Shown here: positions 46,678 through 56,845 of the stretch, one piece after another
Numbering within the stretch: position 1 is the first letter of the stretch
How the letters are laid out: each line of letters opens with the position of its first letter
Assembly (NCBI GenBank): GCA_023379265.1
Contig: JAMCUI010000009.1
Location: forward strand, 252,908-316,907
From: Patescibacteria group bacterium
Lineage (GTDB): Bacteria; Patescibacteriota; Microgenomatia; 2-02-FULL-39-11
DNA: 64,000 nt
Direction: 5' to 3'
Translations under genes and position numbers: made by a program
Notes under the pieces: generated by a model
Told to the model about the DNA's origin: nothing
What the model saw: only the letters and a program-made list of their open reading frames with translations
The model's database searches: none

Positions 46678-48393
46678 ATGGGTACTGACGGTAAAATGCA
46701 TATTACTGTTTTGGGCATCCATGACGGGCACAATAGTGGAGCTGCTTTAGTGCGAGACGGTAAGGTTCTCTCGGCCATATCGGAGGAGAGACTGAATAAT
46801 ATAAAGAATTATTCCGGAGTGCCAGTACTTTCCATTGCCAAGGTTTTTGAAATTGCCGAAATACCTCCTGAGGAAACCGATCTTATCGCAATAGGATGTT
46901 TCGTCCGTGTGGGGCCACCCTATGCTGATATAAATTGGTTAGGTAGAATTCAGGTAGAATTGGCACCATATCTTCATTCACACTTATTTGCTAAAACATA
47001 TGTGAAATTGCTGCACAAATTCAGACAAACAGGTCGATTGAAGGATTTATTTGAAAGTTTGGGAATAGGGGATAAAAAAATCATATTTATAGAACACCAT
47101 CTAAGTCATGCAGCATGTGCTTATTACGGGTCAGGTTTCAAGGATGAGACACTGATTCTCACTCTTGACGGGTCAGGGGATGGGCTATCAGCGACTGTCT
47201 CAGTAGGAAAAGACTGTAGAATCAAAAGGATTGCCGAGACGACATTCTATGACAGTTTGTCAAACAATATATACAGTGAAATCACAGGGTACTTGGGGAT
47301 GAAGAGGTGGGAACATGAATACAAGGTGATGGGTCTTGCTCCATATGGTAGAGATGACGGTTTGGTAGATGAATTTAAAAAAATTGTCAGGATAAATCCG
47401 GCAAAAACTCTGGAGTTTCAGAATATTTTCGGCGCCTATTTATACGATGTTACCAAAAACTTGGTTCCAATTTTAGCCGGGCGGCGATTTGACAATATTG
47501 CTTGGGCGACTCAGAAATATTTTGAAGATTTGGTTTCCCAGTGGGTAAAAAATGCGATAGATCAGACCGGTGTTCATAATGTAGTCTGTAGTGGCGGGTC
47601 ATTTCTGAACGTTAAGGCGAATAAGGTGATAAGGGAATTGCCTGAAGTGAAAAAAGTCTTTTTTTACCCGGCCGCTGATGATGGCGGGACTCCGGCGGGG
47701 GCTGCCATTGAAGGGTATGTCAGGTTGTGCAGGGAAAAGAAAATAAAACCGGTGGTTGAGCCGATTGGTGATTTATATTTTGGTCAGCAATATTCTGACG
47801 AAAAGATAAGCGCTATTTTGAAAAAATCAAATTGGAAAAAAAAGGCAGTAAATTTAGGAAAAGGGATAGCAAAAGAGGTTGCTAGATTACTAGGTAAAGG
47901 AAAGATTGTCGCCAGGTTTGCCGGACGGGATGAGTGGGGTCCAAGAGCATTGGGAAATCATAGTATATTGGCAGATCCCCGCGATCTGCGTGTAATTTCA
48001 AAACTGAATTTTGCTATCAAACAGAGAGATTTCTGGATGCCTTTTGCCGCGTCCATTCTGGAGGAGGATGCTGGAGAATATTTGAAGGATTATAGGGGAC
48101 AAGCAAGATATATGATTGAAGCTTTCGATACAAAAGAAAAAGCAGCTGAAATTACGGCAGCTCTCCATCCTTACGACCTGACATGCCGGCCTCAGACAGT
48201 AAACGATTGGAATCCCGGTTACAGAAGTATATTGACGGAATTTAAAAAACTGACGGGAGTCTCAGGAATTCTAAATACTTCATTTAACCTGCACGGGTTT
48301 CCAATGGTGGGTACTCCTGACGTTGCTCTTTCCACTTTTGAAAATTCAGGATTGGATGCGCTTATTCTTGAAAATTTCTTAATTACTAGATGA
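46678..48393 (+). CDS. NodU/CmcH-family carbamoyltransferase
   Basis: 'ITVLGIHDGHNSGAALVRDGKVLSAISEERLNNIK' N-terminal signature. 571 aa; 'EHHLSHAACAYY'. Confidence 0.7.
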   Translation: MGTDGKMHITVLGIHDGHNSGAALVRDGKVLSAISEERLNNIKNYSGVPVLSIAKVFEIAEIPPEETDLIAIGCFVRVGPPYADINWLGRIQVELAPYLHSHLFAKTYVKLLHKFRQTGRLKDLFESLGIGDKKIIFIEHHLSHAACAYYGSGFKDETLILTLDGSGDGLSATVSVGKDCRIKRIAETTFYDSLSNNIYSEITGYLGMKRWEHEYKVMGLAPYGRDDGLVDEFKKIVRINPAKTLEFQNIFGAYLYDVTKNLVPILAGRRFDNIAWATQKYFEDLVSQWVKNAIDQTGVHNVVCSGGSFLNVKANKVIRELPEVKKVFFYPAADDGGTPAGAAIEGYVRLCREKKIKPVVEPIGDLYFGQQYSDEKISAILKKSNWKKKAVNLGKGIAKEVARLLGKGKIVARFAGRDEWGPRALGNHSILADPRDLRVISKLNFAIKQRDFWMPFAASILEEDAGEYLKDYRGQARYMIEAFDTKEKAAEITAALHPYDLTCRPQTVNDWNPGYRSILTEFKKLTGVSGILNTSFNLHGFPMVGTPDVALSTFENSGLDALILENFLITR

Positions 48394-49577
48394 AAATTCT
48401 TCAATTAGTCCCCTACTTTTATCCAGCTCTTTCAGTTGGAGGAAGCGCGACAGCGGTCTATAGTCTCTCCGGAGAGTTGGTCAAGCGTGGTCACAAAGTA
48501 ACCGTATATACGACTGATGTTAACCATAGCATGCCGGAAAAGAAAATGCTGGTAAATAAAAGAGTCAGGATTGGTGGTTTTGATGTTTATTATTTCAGAA
48601 ATATATCAAATAGTCTTGCGTTTAGAAACCATATTTTTTTCCCTCCCTATTTTTTCACTGAGATAATCAGACACATTACCGATTTTGATATTGTCCATAT
48701 GCATGAAATTTACACCCTTATGCATCTCTGGACAGCTTTTTTGGCAAGAAAACAGGGGATTCCGTATATTTTGACAGGACACGGTACGGCAGTGTTGGGT
48801 GAAAAAGAAGGTAATATGGGAAGAAAAAAGTTGTTTTACTCTTTTGGAGGAAAAAAACTTCTATTGGGTGCATCAAGGATTGTCGCTTTGACTGAGAAGG
48901 AAAAAAGGTCTTACCTTAAACTGGGAGTGGAAGAAAAAAATATTAGGGTTATCCCAAACGGTATAAACCCAGAATTATTCCACAAACTGCCTAAAAAAGA
49001 AGTGTTTAGAAATAAAATGCGACTAGTGAAGGATGATTGTGTCATACTTTATCTAGGAAGACTTCATGCAAAAAAAGGAATTGAGCTTTTGATAAAATCC
49101 TTAAAACTCCTAAAGAATGAGCATTTGTTAGTAAAGTTGGTGATTGCGGGCCCAGTGGAGCAGGAGGATTATCTTAAAAGGCTAAAAACCATTATAGAGA
49201 AAGAAGGTCTTTCCCAAAACGTGATTTTTACAGGCAACCTGACAGGAAAAGAAAAAATGGAAGCTTATTCCAGTGCGGATATATTTGCTCTGACATCGTA
49301 CTCCGAAGGACTGCCCGTTTCGGTTCTGGAGGCCGCTGTCTGCGGACTTCCACTTCTTTTATCCGAAAATTCAGGGGTGCCGATGATAGAAAAATATAAC
49401 GCCGGGGTATTAGTGAAAAATGATTTAGACAGTATTGTAAAAGGTCTGGAAAGAATTTTGAAAAAGGATAATTTCCGCAGATATTACGGAGATAATGCCA
49501 AAAAGATGGCGCAAAAAGAATATTCTATTTCCCGGACAGCTTTTATGATTGAAAAAGTTTATAAAGAGTTTGTGTAA
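48390..49577 (+). CDS. GT4-family glycosyltransferase
   Basis: 'MKILQLVPYFYPALSVGGSATAVYSLSGEL' and 'SYSEGLPVSVLEAAVCGLPLLLSENSG'. ATGA overlap. Confidence 0.75.
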   Translation: MKILQLVPYFYPALSVGGSATAVYSLSGELVKRGHKVTVYTTDVNHSMPEKKMLVNKRVRIGGFDVYYFRNISNSLAFRNHIFFPPYFFTEIIRHITDFDIVHMHEIYTLMHLWTAFLARKQGIPYILTGHGTAVLGEKEGNMGRKKLFYSFGGKKLLLGASRIVALTEKEKRSYLKLGVEEKNIRVIPNGINPELFHKLPKKEVFRNKMRLVKDDCVILYLGRLHAKKGIELLIKSLKLLKNEHLLVKLVIAGPVEQEDYLKRLKTIIEKEGLSQNVIFTGNLTGKEKMEAYSSADIFALTSYSEGLPVSVLEAAVCGLPLLLSENSGVPMIEKYNAGVLVKNDLDSIVKGLERILKKDNFRRYYGDNAKKMAQKEYSISRTAFMIEKVYKEFV

Positions 49578-49579
49578 TT

Positions 49580-51532
49580 ATGTGCGGAATTGCAGGAATC
49601 TATAATTTCGATAAAAGAAGTGTTGAGTCTTATGTTATTCACAGGATGAACAATGTCATGGTGCATAGAGGTCCTGATGGTCAAGGTGAACATTTGGAAG
49701 AAAATATCGGCTTGGCAAACCGCAGGCTGGCAATTATTGATCCTACAACAGCCGGAAACCAACCCATGGCGACCGCTGATGGGACACTCTGGATTACGTT
49801 TAATGGAGAGATATTTAATTTCGAAAAGCTGAAAAAAGATTTAATAGGTAGGGGTTATCATTTCAGATCACACACTGATACTGAGGTAGTATTAAACGGA
49901 TACAGGGAATACGGACACATGTTTGTAAAAAAACTTATCGGCCAGTTTGCCTTTTGCATCTGGGACAGGAGACAATCAAGGTTTATACTGGCCCGTGACC
50001 AGTTGGGCGTAAATCCTCTCTACTGGACCAGAATAGGTAACGCTTTTATTTTTGCCTCAGAATTGAAGGCAATATTGGCGTCAGGGCTGGTCAAAAAGGA
50101 GATAAACCCCGAGGCTTTACATCATTATCTTTCTATATTTTCCATCCCCAGTCCCATGACGATAATAAAAGGTGTAAATAGTCTTTTGCCGGGTAGAGTG
50201 ATGACGGTGGATAAAGGAGGCGTCAGGATAGAAAAGTACTGGGAACTCCCCGTTGGTTTATGGCAGAATAAAAACATTTCGGAAGGAGAGGAGATAGAGG
50301 AATTAAAAAGTCAACTGGTATCTGCAGTATCCTATGCCAAGGTATCAGATGTGCCGGTAGGCGCGTATCTCTCAGGTGGCGTGGATTCCTCGACAGTTGT
50401 TGCGCTTCTTTCCATGTCGCAAACCAAGCCCGTAAGGACATATTCTCTCTGGTCAGAGGGTGGTGAGGCTTATGATGAAAGAAAATACGCCAGCCTCGTT
50501 GCAAAACGTTACGGGACTGTTCATACAGAGTTTACGGTATCTCAAAGTGATTTAATAAGCAGCCTTCCTGAAATTATCTATTACTTTGATCAGCCAACAG
50601 GTGGATCACTCGAGACTTATTTTATCTCCCGATTGGCAGCCAAAGACGTAAAAGTTGCATTATCTGGACTCGGGGGCGATGAACTTTTTGCCGGATATCA
50701 TAGTGAACTATACAATACCAAGTCTATAGGAGACATATACAACCATATTCCTCCGGCTCTCCGTTCACTCCTTTTTTTACTGATGAAAAGAATTGCTTTC
50801 CGGTCAGACTGGAAAAAAGTTTTGTCAGTATCACAGGATTTTTTTAACCTGCCGACTCTGGTACGGCGTAGCCTTTATCTTTATTTTGCTTATCAGGAGG
50901 AAGAGAAAAAAAATCTTTATAGCAAGTCTTATCTTTCGCTGCAAAAGGGGAGTTACAGTACTCAAAGTTACTTCGAAGGACTTTATCAGAAAATAAAAGG
51001 CTGGCATCCGGTAGATCAACTAAACTATATTGACCTGAAAAGCTATACCAGAGACGATTTGCTTTTGGGTATGAATATGATGAGTATGGCAAATTCTCTC
51101 GAGGCAAGAGTGCCCCTTCTTGACCCCAGACTGGTTGAGTTTTCCGCCAGAATCCACCCTTCCCGTAAATATAGAGATGGAATTTCCAAATATATTCTCA
51201 AGAAAGCCGTAGCGGACTGGTTGCCAAAGGAAGTGGTAAATCACAAAAAAACCGGTTTTGCCATTCCTAGAGTGATTTATATGAAAGGAATATTGAAACC
51301 TTATATAAAATCAGTTTTGAGCCCAGAGTCCTTAAAGAACAGAGGAATATTCAATGATAAATATATTACCGAAGTGGTGAATAAATTTTATGGTTCAAAA
51401 CAGGGCAAGATGCTCTGGAGTGAGCATTTGCGCGTCTGGATACTTTTTGTATTTGAGCTCTGGTGCCGGATCTATCTGGATAATACAAAAATCGCCAAAC
51501 CGGCAGTCACGTTGGATGATCTTGCCATATGA
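49580..51532 (+). CDS. Asparagine synthase (glutamine-hydrolysing)-like amidotransferase (AsnB/WbpS type)
   Basis: 'MCGIAGIYNF' Ntn Cys nucleophile, 'HRGPDGQG', 'RRLAIIDP', and 'YLSGGVDSS' PP-loop ATP pyrophosphatase motif. Confidence 0.8.
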   Translation: MCGIAGIYNFDKRSVESYVIHRMNNVMVHRGPDGQGEHLEENIGLANRRLAIIDPTTAGNQPMATADGTLWITFNGEIFNFEKLKKDLIGRGYHFRSHTDTEVVLNGYREYGHMFVKKLIGQFAFCIWDRRQSRFILARDQLGVNPLYWTRIGNAFIFASELKAILASGLVKKEINPEALHHYLSIFSIPSPMTIIKGVNSLLPGRVMTVDKGGVRIEKYWELPVGLWQNKNISEGEEIEELKSQLVSAVSYAKVSDVPVGAYLSGGVDSSTVVALLSMSQTKPVRTYSLWSEGGEAYDERKYASLVAKRYGTVHTEFTVSQSDLISSLPEIIYYFDQPTGGSLETYFISRLAAKDVKVALSGLGGDELFAGYHSELYNTKSIGDIYNHIPPALRSLLFLLMKRIAFRSDWKKVLSVSQDFFNLPTLVRRSLYLYFAYQEEEKKNLYSKSYLSLQKGSYSTQSYFEGLYQKIKGWHPVDQLNYIDLKSYTRDDLLLGMNMMSMANSLEARVPLLDPRLVEFSARIHPSRKYRDGISKYILKKAVADWLPKEVVNHKKTGFAIPRVIYMKGILKPYIKSVLSPESLKNRGIFNDKYITEVVNKFYGSKQGKMLWSEHLRVWILFVFELWCRIYLDNTKIAKPAVTLDDLAI

Positions 51533-52689
51533 AAATTGTTCACCTTATTGATTATTTCCAGCCCCAAGTAGGTTACCAGGAGACATTTTTGGCAAAAGAG
51601 CATAGAAAAGCAGGGCATGACGTATGTGTGGTAACGTCAGACAGGTATTTCCCTTTTGAAGGATACAGATCATCATATTTTTCTCTTTTGGGTGAGAGAT
51701 ATGTGGGGGAGGGAGAAAGAAATGAGAATGGGATAAGGACTGTGAGATTAAAGAATATTGAATTTCCCGGGACAAATCTGATTTATCTCTTGAAATTAAA
51801 AAGGACATTAGCAGATATTTCACCTGACGCAGTTTTTTGTCATGGGATGTATTCTATTACGTCTTATTTTGCAGCCAAAATCAAAAATGAGTTGGGATAT
51901 AAGCTGGTTTATGATACTCATGCGGCGGGATTTAATACACAATTTGGTACTTTTTTGAAAAAGGCTTACCGTTTTTTCTTTCGAAAATTTGCCGTGCCCC
52001 TCATCAAAGATCAGGCTGACAGTATTTTTGCCATAGGCGAAGCGGAGCAGGATTTTATCTGCACTGAATTCGGGTTAAATCGGAATCACGTTTCAATAAT
52101 AAGGCTTGGGGTGGATACCGAATTATTTACGGCAAGTGTGGTTAAAAGAAAGGAAATAAGGAAAAAAATGGGAGTTGCGGCTGACGGTGTTGTCTGTATT
52201 TTCTCAGGGAAAATCAGTCCCAGAAAAGATATTGAGACTCTACTTCTGGCGGTTAAAAAAATAAATGATACTAAAATCAAGGTACTTCTGGTGGGAGGCG
52301 GTAAAACGAATCATGTATCAGACCTGAAAAAGATTCTTGACGCAAAAGAGCTGATTGTTGAACATTTTGTAAGCAATGATAAATTACCCGATTATTACAG
52401 CGCCGCCGATATTGCGGTCTGGCCGGGAGACCCGTCACAGGGGATGCTTGAAGCAATGTCCTCTTCACTGCCGCTTATAGTTCCTGAATGGTACGGTTCT
52501 GAATTTTTGCAAAAAAGCGGGGGCGTACTTTTTTTCAAAAGAAAAGATATTCGTGGTTTAGCACAAAAAATAGCCAAATTATCGTATAATAAGAACAAAA
52601 GAAAGGAAATCGGAATGAATGCCCGATATTATATCGGGAGGTATTTCAGTTGGAAAGAAATTGCACGGCAGACTTTATCTCTCTTGTGA
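51529..52689 (+). CDS. GT4-like (GT-B fold) glycosyltransferase
   Basis: 'MKIVHLIDYFQPQVGYQE...GHDVCVVT' and 'DPSQGMLEAMSSSLPLIVPEW'. Confidence 0.65.
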   Translation: MKIVHLIDYFQPQVGYQETFLAKEHRKAGHDVCVVTSDRYFPFEGYRSSYFSLLGERYVGEGERNENGIRTVRLKNIEFPGTNLIYLLKLKRTLADISPDAVFCHGMYSITSYFAAKIKNELGYKLVYDTHAAGFNTQFGTFLKKAYRFFFRKFAVPLIKDQADSIFAIGEAEQDFICTEFGLNRNHVSIIRLGVDTELFTASVVKRKEIRKKMGVAADGVVCIFSGKISPRKDIETLLLAVKKINDTKIKVLLVGGGKTNHVSDLKKILDAKELIVEHFVSNDKLPDYYSAADIAVWPGDPSQGMLEAMSSSLPLIVPEWYGSEFLQKSGGVLFFKRKDIRGLAQKIAKLSYNKNKRKEIGMNARYYIGRYFSWKEIARQTLSLL

Positions 52690-52699
52690 AAAGGAAAAG

Positions 52700-53524
52700 A
52701 TGGATACTAAAGAAATTGTCATCAGGCCCAAATCATCATGGAATTTTATCGATTTTGCAGAGCTTTGGCGGTTCCGGGAGCTTTTCTATGTTTTTGCATG
52801 GAGGGATATAAAAGTCCGTTATAAACAGACTTTGTTGGGAATACTATGGGTAGTTTTCCAGCCTTTGGTGAGCACATTCATTTTTACCGTCTTTTTCGGC
52901 AACCTGGCCAAAATTTCTTCAGGCAAACTGCCTTATGCGCTTTTTGTGCTGGCTGGTCTGGTTTTCTGGAACTTTTTCTCCAGCGCACTCTCCCACGCTG
53001 CGACCAGTATGGTAGGAAGCGCCAATATTTTTCAAAAAGTATATTTCCCCAAAATGATTCTGCCCCTGTCAGCCATTTTGACCAGTTTTGTCGATTTTCT
53101 TATAAATTTAGCTATGCTACTTCTGGCGGCTATTGTGTTGGGGTATTACCCCAGTCTATCAGCGCTGATAATTTTTCCCATGGCGGTTGTAGTGACCGCC
53201 ATTACTGCAGCCGGTCTGGGACTTCTATTGACCTCCATAAACATCAAATATAGGGATGTGGGGTACATTTTGCCTTATTTTATACAGCTTCTTTTGTTTC
53301 TGACTCCGGTCATTTATCCCATTACAATTCTTTCCCAAAGCCACAGGTTTATTATGGCCTTAAACCCCATGACTTCCGTCATTGAGGCTTCCCGGACAGT
53401 TTTTTCCGGAGCAACTTACGATCCTGTTTATATGGTGGTTTCATTTATATCTGCCCTGGTAATCCTGTCCGTAGGGATTTTGTATTTTAATAAAACTGAA
53501 CAGTTTTTTGCAGATATTGTTTAA
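52700..53524 (+). CDS. wzm: ABC-2 type polysaccharide exporter permease (Wzm/TagG/KpsM-like)
   Basis: 'WRDIKVRYKQTLLGILWVVFQPLVSTFIFTVFFG' and six hydrophobic segments. ATG at 52700 with an AAGGAAAAGA RBS, right after the upstream stop. Confidence 0.75.
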   Translation: MDTKEIVIRPKSSWNFIDFAELWRFRELFYVFAWRDIKVRYKQTLLGILWVVFQPLVSTFIFTVFFGNLAKISSGKLPYALFVLAGLVFWNFFSSALSHAATSMVGSANIFQKVYFPKMILPLSAILTSFVDFLINLAMLLLAAIVLGYYPSLSALIIFPMAVVVTAITAAGLGLLLTSINIKYRDVGYILPYFIQLLLFLTPVIYPITILSQSHRFIMALNPMTSVIEASRTVFSGATYDPVYMVVSFISALVILSVGILYFNKTEQFFADIV

Positions 53525-53527
53525 GAT

Positions 53528-54817
53528 ATGGAAACAATGATCAAAGTCAATAAATTGTCTAAAAAATACAGGTTCGGGCAAAACCAGCCGTACAATACTT
53601 TGCGCGATACTCTGGTTGGTCTGGTGCATAACCCCAAAAATATTTTCGGAAAAAGGAAGCATGAGGAAGGACAGTTGGCCGAAAATGAATTCTGGGCCCT
53701 CAAAAACATTTCCTTTGATGTTGGCGAAGGGGAAGTGTTGGGGATAATAGGAAAAAACGGTGCGGGCAAAAGTACTCTTCTTAAGGTTCTTAGCCGCATT
53801 ACCCCTCCAACAGAAGGTGAAATTAGGCTAAGGGGAAGAGTGTCAAGTCTGCTTGAGGTGGGTACGGGTTTTTCGGGAGAATTAAGCGGTAGGGAGAATA
53901 TATATCTAAACGGAGCCATATTAGGAATGACTAGGAATGAAATTAGGCGCAAGTTTTCCCAAATTGTGGATTTTGCCGAAGTGGGAAAATTTATCGATAC
54001 GCCGGTAAAATATTATTCTTCAGGCATGTATGTCAGGCTGGCATTTGCGGTGGCGGCACACCTTGAACCGGAAATACTTCTGGTGGATGAAGTGTTGGCG
54101 GTGGGAGATGTTGGTTTTAGGAAAAAAAGCATGGGGAAGATGAGGGAGATATCCAAATCATCGGGGCGTACTATACTTTTTGTCAGTCATGATATGTCTT
54201 CAATCCAAAATATATGTTCACGGGCAATTTTGCTAAGAGACGGAAAATTAGCATACAGCGGTTATGCCGATGAGACTATAAAAAAATATCTTGAGGAAAG
54301 CGGGGGAGAGACTGCCGATAAATGGTTGGAATGGAAACCCGAAGCTTCAGGAAGATATCCTTACGGTGAAATTATAAAACTTAAAAAGTTTTATATTAGC
54401 GATGTTGCCGGGAAGACGGTAAAAGGCAGATTGTTTAATAGCAAGCAGTATTTCGTCAATATTGACGCTGATTTTAAAAAAAGGGACTCGCGTCTGGTTT
54501 TTGCCGTTGCCTTTTATGATGAAAAGCAGACAGTACTTTTTGCCTCAGATATAAACGATAACGGTTTAGTTGATTTTGGAACTATAAAACCGGGTCATAT
54601 CAAACTTCAATTCCTCCTGCCGGTCGAATTACTTTCAAATGAAACATACGAAATTGAGTTGTTGTGCGCTTTGCATCACGTCGGTTGGATATTTCCGCCC
54701 AACAACGACTGCCGTCTGAAGTTTAGTTTTTTCCGGGACAAGGATGACAATCCTTATTCCAGTGATACGCGAATGGGGCTTTTGGCACCGGTATTAAAAT
54801 GGTCGGTTATTACCTGA
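53528..54817 (+). CDS. wzt: ABC exporter ATPase (Wzt/TagH-like) with ~170-aa C-terminal carbohydrate-binding-type extension
   Basis: Walker A 'GIIGKNGAGKST', signature 'YSSGMYVRLAF' and Walker B 'ILLVDEVLAVGD'. The C-terminal tail beyond the ~250-aa NBD is predicted beta-rich ('KLQFLLPVELLSNETYEIELLC'). Confidence 0.8.
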   Translation: METMIKVNKLSKKYRFGQNQPYNTLRDTLVGLVHNPKNIFGKRKHEEGQLAENEFWALKNISFDVGEGEVLGIIGKNGAGKSTLLKVLSRITPPTEGEIRLRGRVSSLLEVGTGFSGELSGRENIYLNGAILGMTRNEIRRKFSQIVDFAEVGKFIDTPVKYYSSGMYVRLAFAVAAHLEPEILLVDEVLAVGDVGFRKKSMGKMREISKSSGRTILFVSHDMSSIQNICSRAILLRDGKLAYSGYADETIKKYLEESGGETADKWLEWKPEASGRYPYGEIIKLKKFYISDVAGKTVKGRLFNSKQYFVNIDADFKKRDSRLVFAVAFYDEKQTVLFASDINDNGLVDFGTIKPGHIKLQFLLPVELLSNETYEIELLCALHHVGWIFPPNNDCRLKFSFFRDKDDNPYSSDTRMGLLAPVLKWSVIT

Positions 54818-54824
54818 GAATTTT

Positions 54825-55685
54825 ATGGCTGATAGTGTTTCCAAAAAGAGTGATTATTCAATAGGGGTTGTAACCTTTCTTGATAGATACGAAGAGACTT
54901 TCAAAAAACTGGCAATAGATTTGGCCAGGTATTTCCCTGATGTGGAAAAAAACGTTATACTGAACGGTTTTCCCGACAAAAACAGGCAGCTTAAGTATCT
55001 TAAAGAAGCCACAGGTTTTCTTTCCGGTCTTGGTTTTAACCATGTTTTAACATTTGAAACGCACCAGTCTTTAGCCAGAGGTTGGAATCTGCTTGTTATA
55101 TTATCCTCAAAATCCAAGGTTCTCATATTAAATGATGATTGCCTGATGGGGCCTGGTTTTCGTAAGGAGTTTGAGACACAAAAGGGAAATAGAGATTGGA
55201 TTTTTATAAACGAGTCATACAGCCATTTTATGACTTCCAAAAACGTGGTTAGGAAAGTGGGTTGGTTTGACGAAAGGTTCAAAGGGATAGGCCACGAGGA
55301 TGGGGATTTTTCCAGACGTTGTGCTCTGGCCGGTTATCCATACGATGTAGGAATTGATTGTCCCACCCTGAAAAATCTTAAAGTAGAAAGCAGAGAAGTA
55401 AGCTATTTGGAAACAGATAACAATAACAAGAAAGGATTTCTAGGAAAAGTCAGGAATTATCTAAATAGAGAAAAGTCCGGCAGAAGCGGAAATTACTCCA
55501 CCTATAATGAATATTTTTTCAGAAAAAAGTGGAAACATGCCGACAGGCCGTTACCCGGCTATACGCTAATTCCCATCCGCCATCTGAAGAAATACCGCGG
55601 TATCAAGCCGGGCGCAGGCGCTTATTGCAAGCTGGCTCCCGGTATGGAAACACCGCTTTTTTATCCTCTTGATATTCTTAATTAA
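54825..55685 (+). CDS. GT-A fold glycosyltransferase (GT2-like)
   Basis: 'IGVVTFLDRY', 'LILNDDC' (DXD) and 'GWFDERFKGIGHEDGDFSRRCALAGY', which parallels the GT2 'G-FDE-F--Y-ED-D---R---AG' block. Confidence 0.5.
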   Translation: MADSVSKKSDYSIGVVTFLDRYEETFKKLAIDLARYFPDVEKNVILNGFPDKNRQLKYLKEATGFLSGLGFNHVLTFETHQSLARGWNLLVILSSKSKVLILNDDCLMGPGFRKEFETQKGNRDWIFINESYSHFMTSKNVVRKVGWFDERFKGIGHEDGDFSRRCALAGYPYDVGIDCPTLKNLKVESREVSYLETDNNNKKGFLGKVRNYLNREKSGRSGNYSTYNEYFFRKKWKHADRPLPGYTLIPIRHLKKYRGIKPGAGAYCKLAPGMETPLFYPLDILN

Positions 55686-55693
55686 AGCCGCCT

Positions 55694-56647
55694 ATGCAAA
55701 AAACCAAACTAGTTATCTATATTCCTTCCTACAACAGAGGACAAGTGTTGTCAGAACAGCTGGAAAGGATAGTAAACCAGTGGGGAAAATACAGGGATAG
55801 GATTCGTCTGGTAATCAGCGATAACTTTTCCAGTGATCCGGTATATAAAACATTGTCAGCTAAATTTATCCAAAAGAACATATCTTTCAGGCGAAACATC
55901 TCCAATATAGGTGGCAATGAGAATATTATGCAAGGGTTCCTTACTGCCGGGGAGGATGATTATCTATGGATACTTTCGGATGATGATATGCTGACTTCTT
56001 CTGCTCTTGAAGAGATTTTCTGGGGAATAGATAAGAATACAGATATTATACATATTGGTGAGACCGAAAGGATAATCCAAACAGAGTTAAGCCTGAATAA
56101 TGTTTTTACAATAACAAAAGGGGCAGGGTTTGGATTGACCAGCGTGGTAATTTTCAGCGTGAACTTCATAAAAGATTTTATATACTACGGCTTTGAGTAT
56201 ATGGATTCTTCTTTTCCCCATTTTGCCATACTTCTTTCTTCCCTGAGGGAACATAAAAAAGCCAAATTGACTATAGTCAGGCATAAATACGTTTTTACCA
56301 AAGAAACGGTTGCGACACACGGTTCCGGGGATTATTTTTTGAGCGCAGTGGGTTTTGGTTATTTGTCTGATTTTCTTGAGAAACCTAACCAGCGGAAATT
56401 TCTTTGGGATTGGATTACATCTACCTGGCCGCTATATTTTGCTGCCAGAAGACATTATCCTGCCGCTTTCCACAAATCTGAAGGTTATCTAAGGTCATTT
56501 GGATTACGATTTTTCTTTTTCCTTTTTTTTGCGGGAATACTTTACGGTTTGCAATCCGCGCAGAAAAAAATTCTTATGGCAGCTGTAGTTGAGGCAAAAA
56601 AATCCTCTTTTGGCCGAAGTATAATAGAGAGTTTGAAAAAACTTTAA
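55694..56647 (+). CDS. Family 2-like glycosyltransferase
   Basis: 'LVIYIPSYNRGQVL', 'LVISDNFSSD' and 'WILSDDDM'. Confidence 0.55.
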   Translation: MQKTKLVIYIPSYNRGQVLSEQLERIVNQWGKYRDRIRLVISDNFSSDPVYKTLSAKFIQKNISFRRNISNIGGNENIMQGFLTAGEDDYLWILSDDDMLTSSALEEIFWGIDKNTDIIHIGETERIIQTELSLNNVFTITKGAGFGLTSVVIFSVNFIKDFIYYGFEYMDSSFPHFAILLSSLREHKKAKLTIVRHKYVFTKETVATHGSGDYFLSAVGFGYLSDFLEKPNQRKFLWDWITSTWPLYFAARRHYPAAFHKSEGYLRSFGLRFFFFLFFAGILYGLQSAQKKILMAAVVEAKKSSFGRSIIESLKKL

Positions 56648-56845
56648 TAGTGATTAATCAATAAATAAGAAATTATTATTGTTTGGGCATAAAAATCAGT
56701 ATTTAAAAAGTGAAATCCTTACTTTTGAATATGTAATAAACATTAGTTTGTTTAAAAATTAATAAGTAAAGCGGTTTGTCTCAAGAAAAGGATTAAAAGT
56801 CCCAAAATAGTCAGCATACATACAATAGATTAAATTTCCGTTAAT

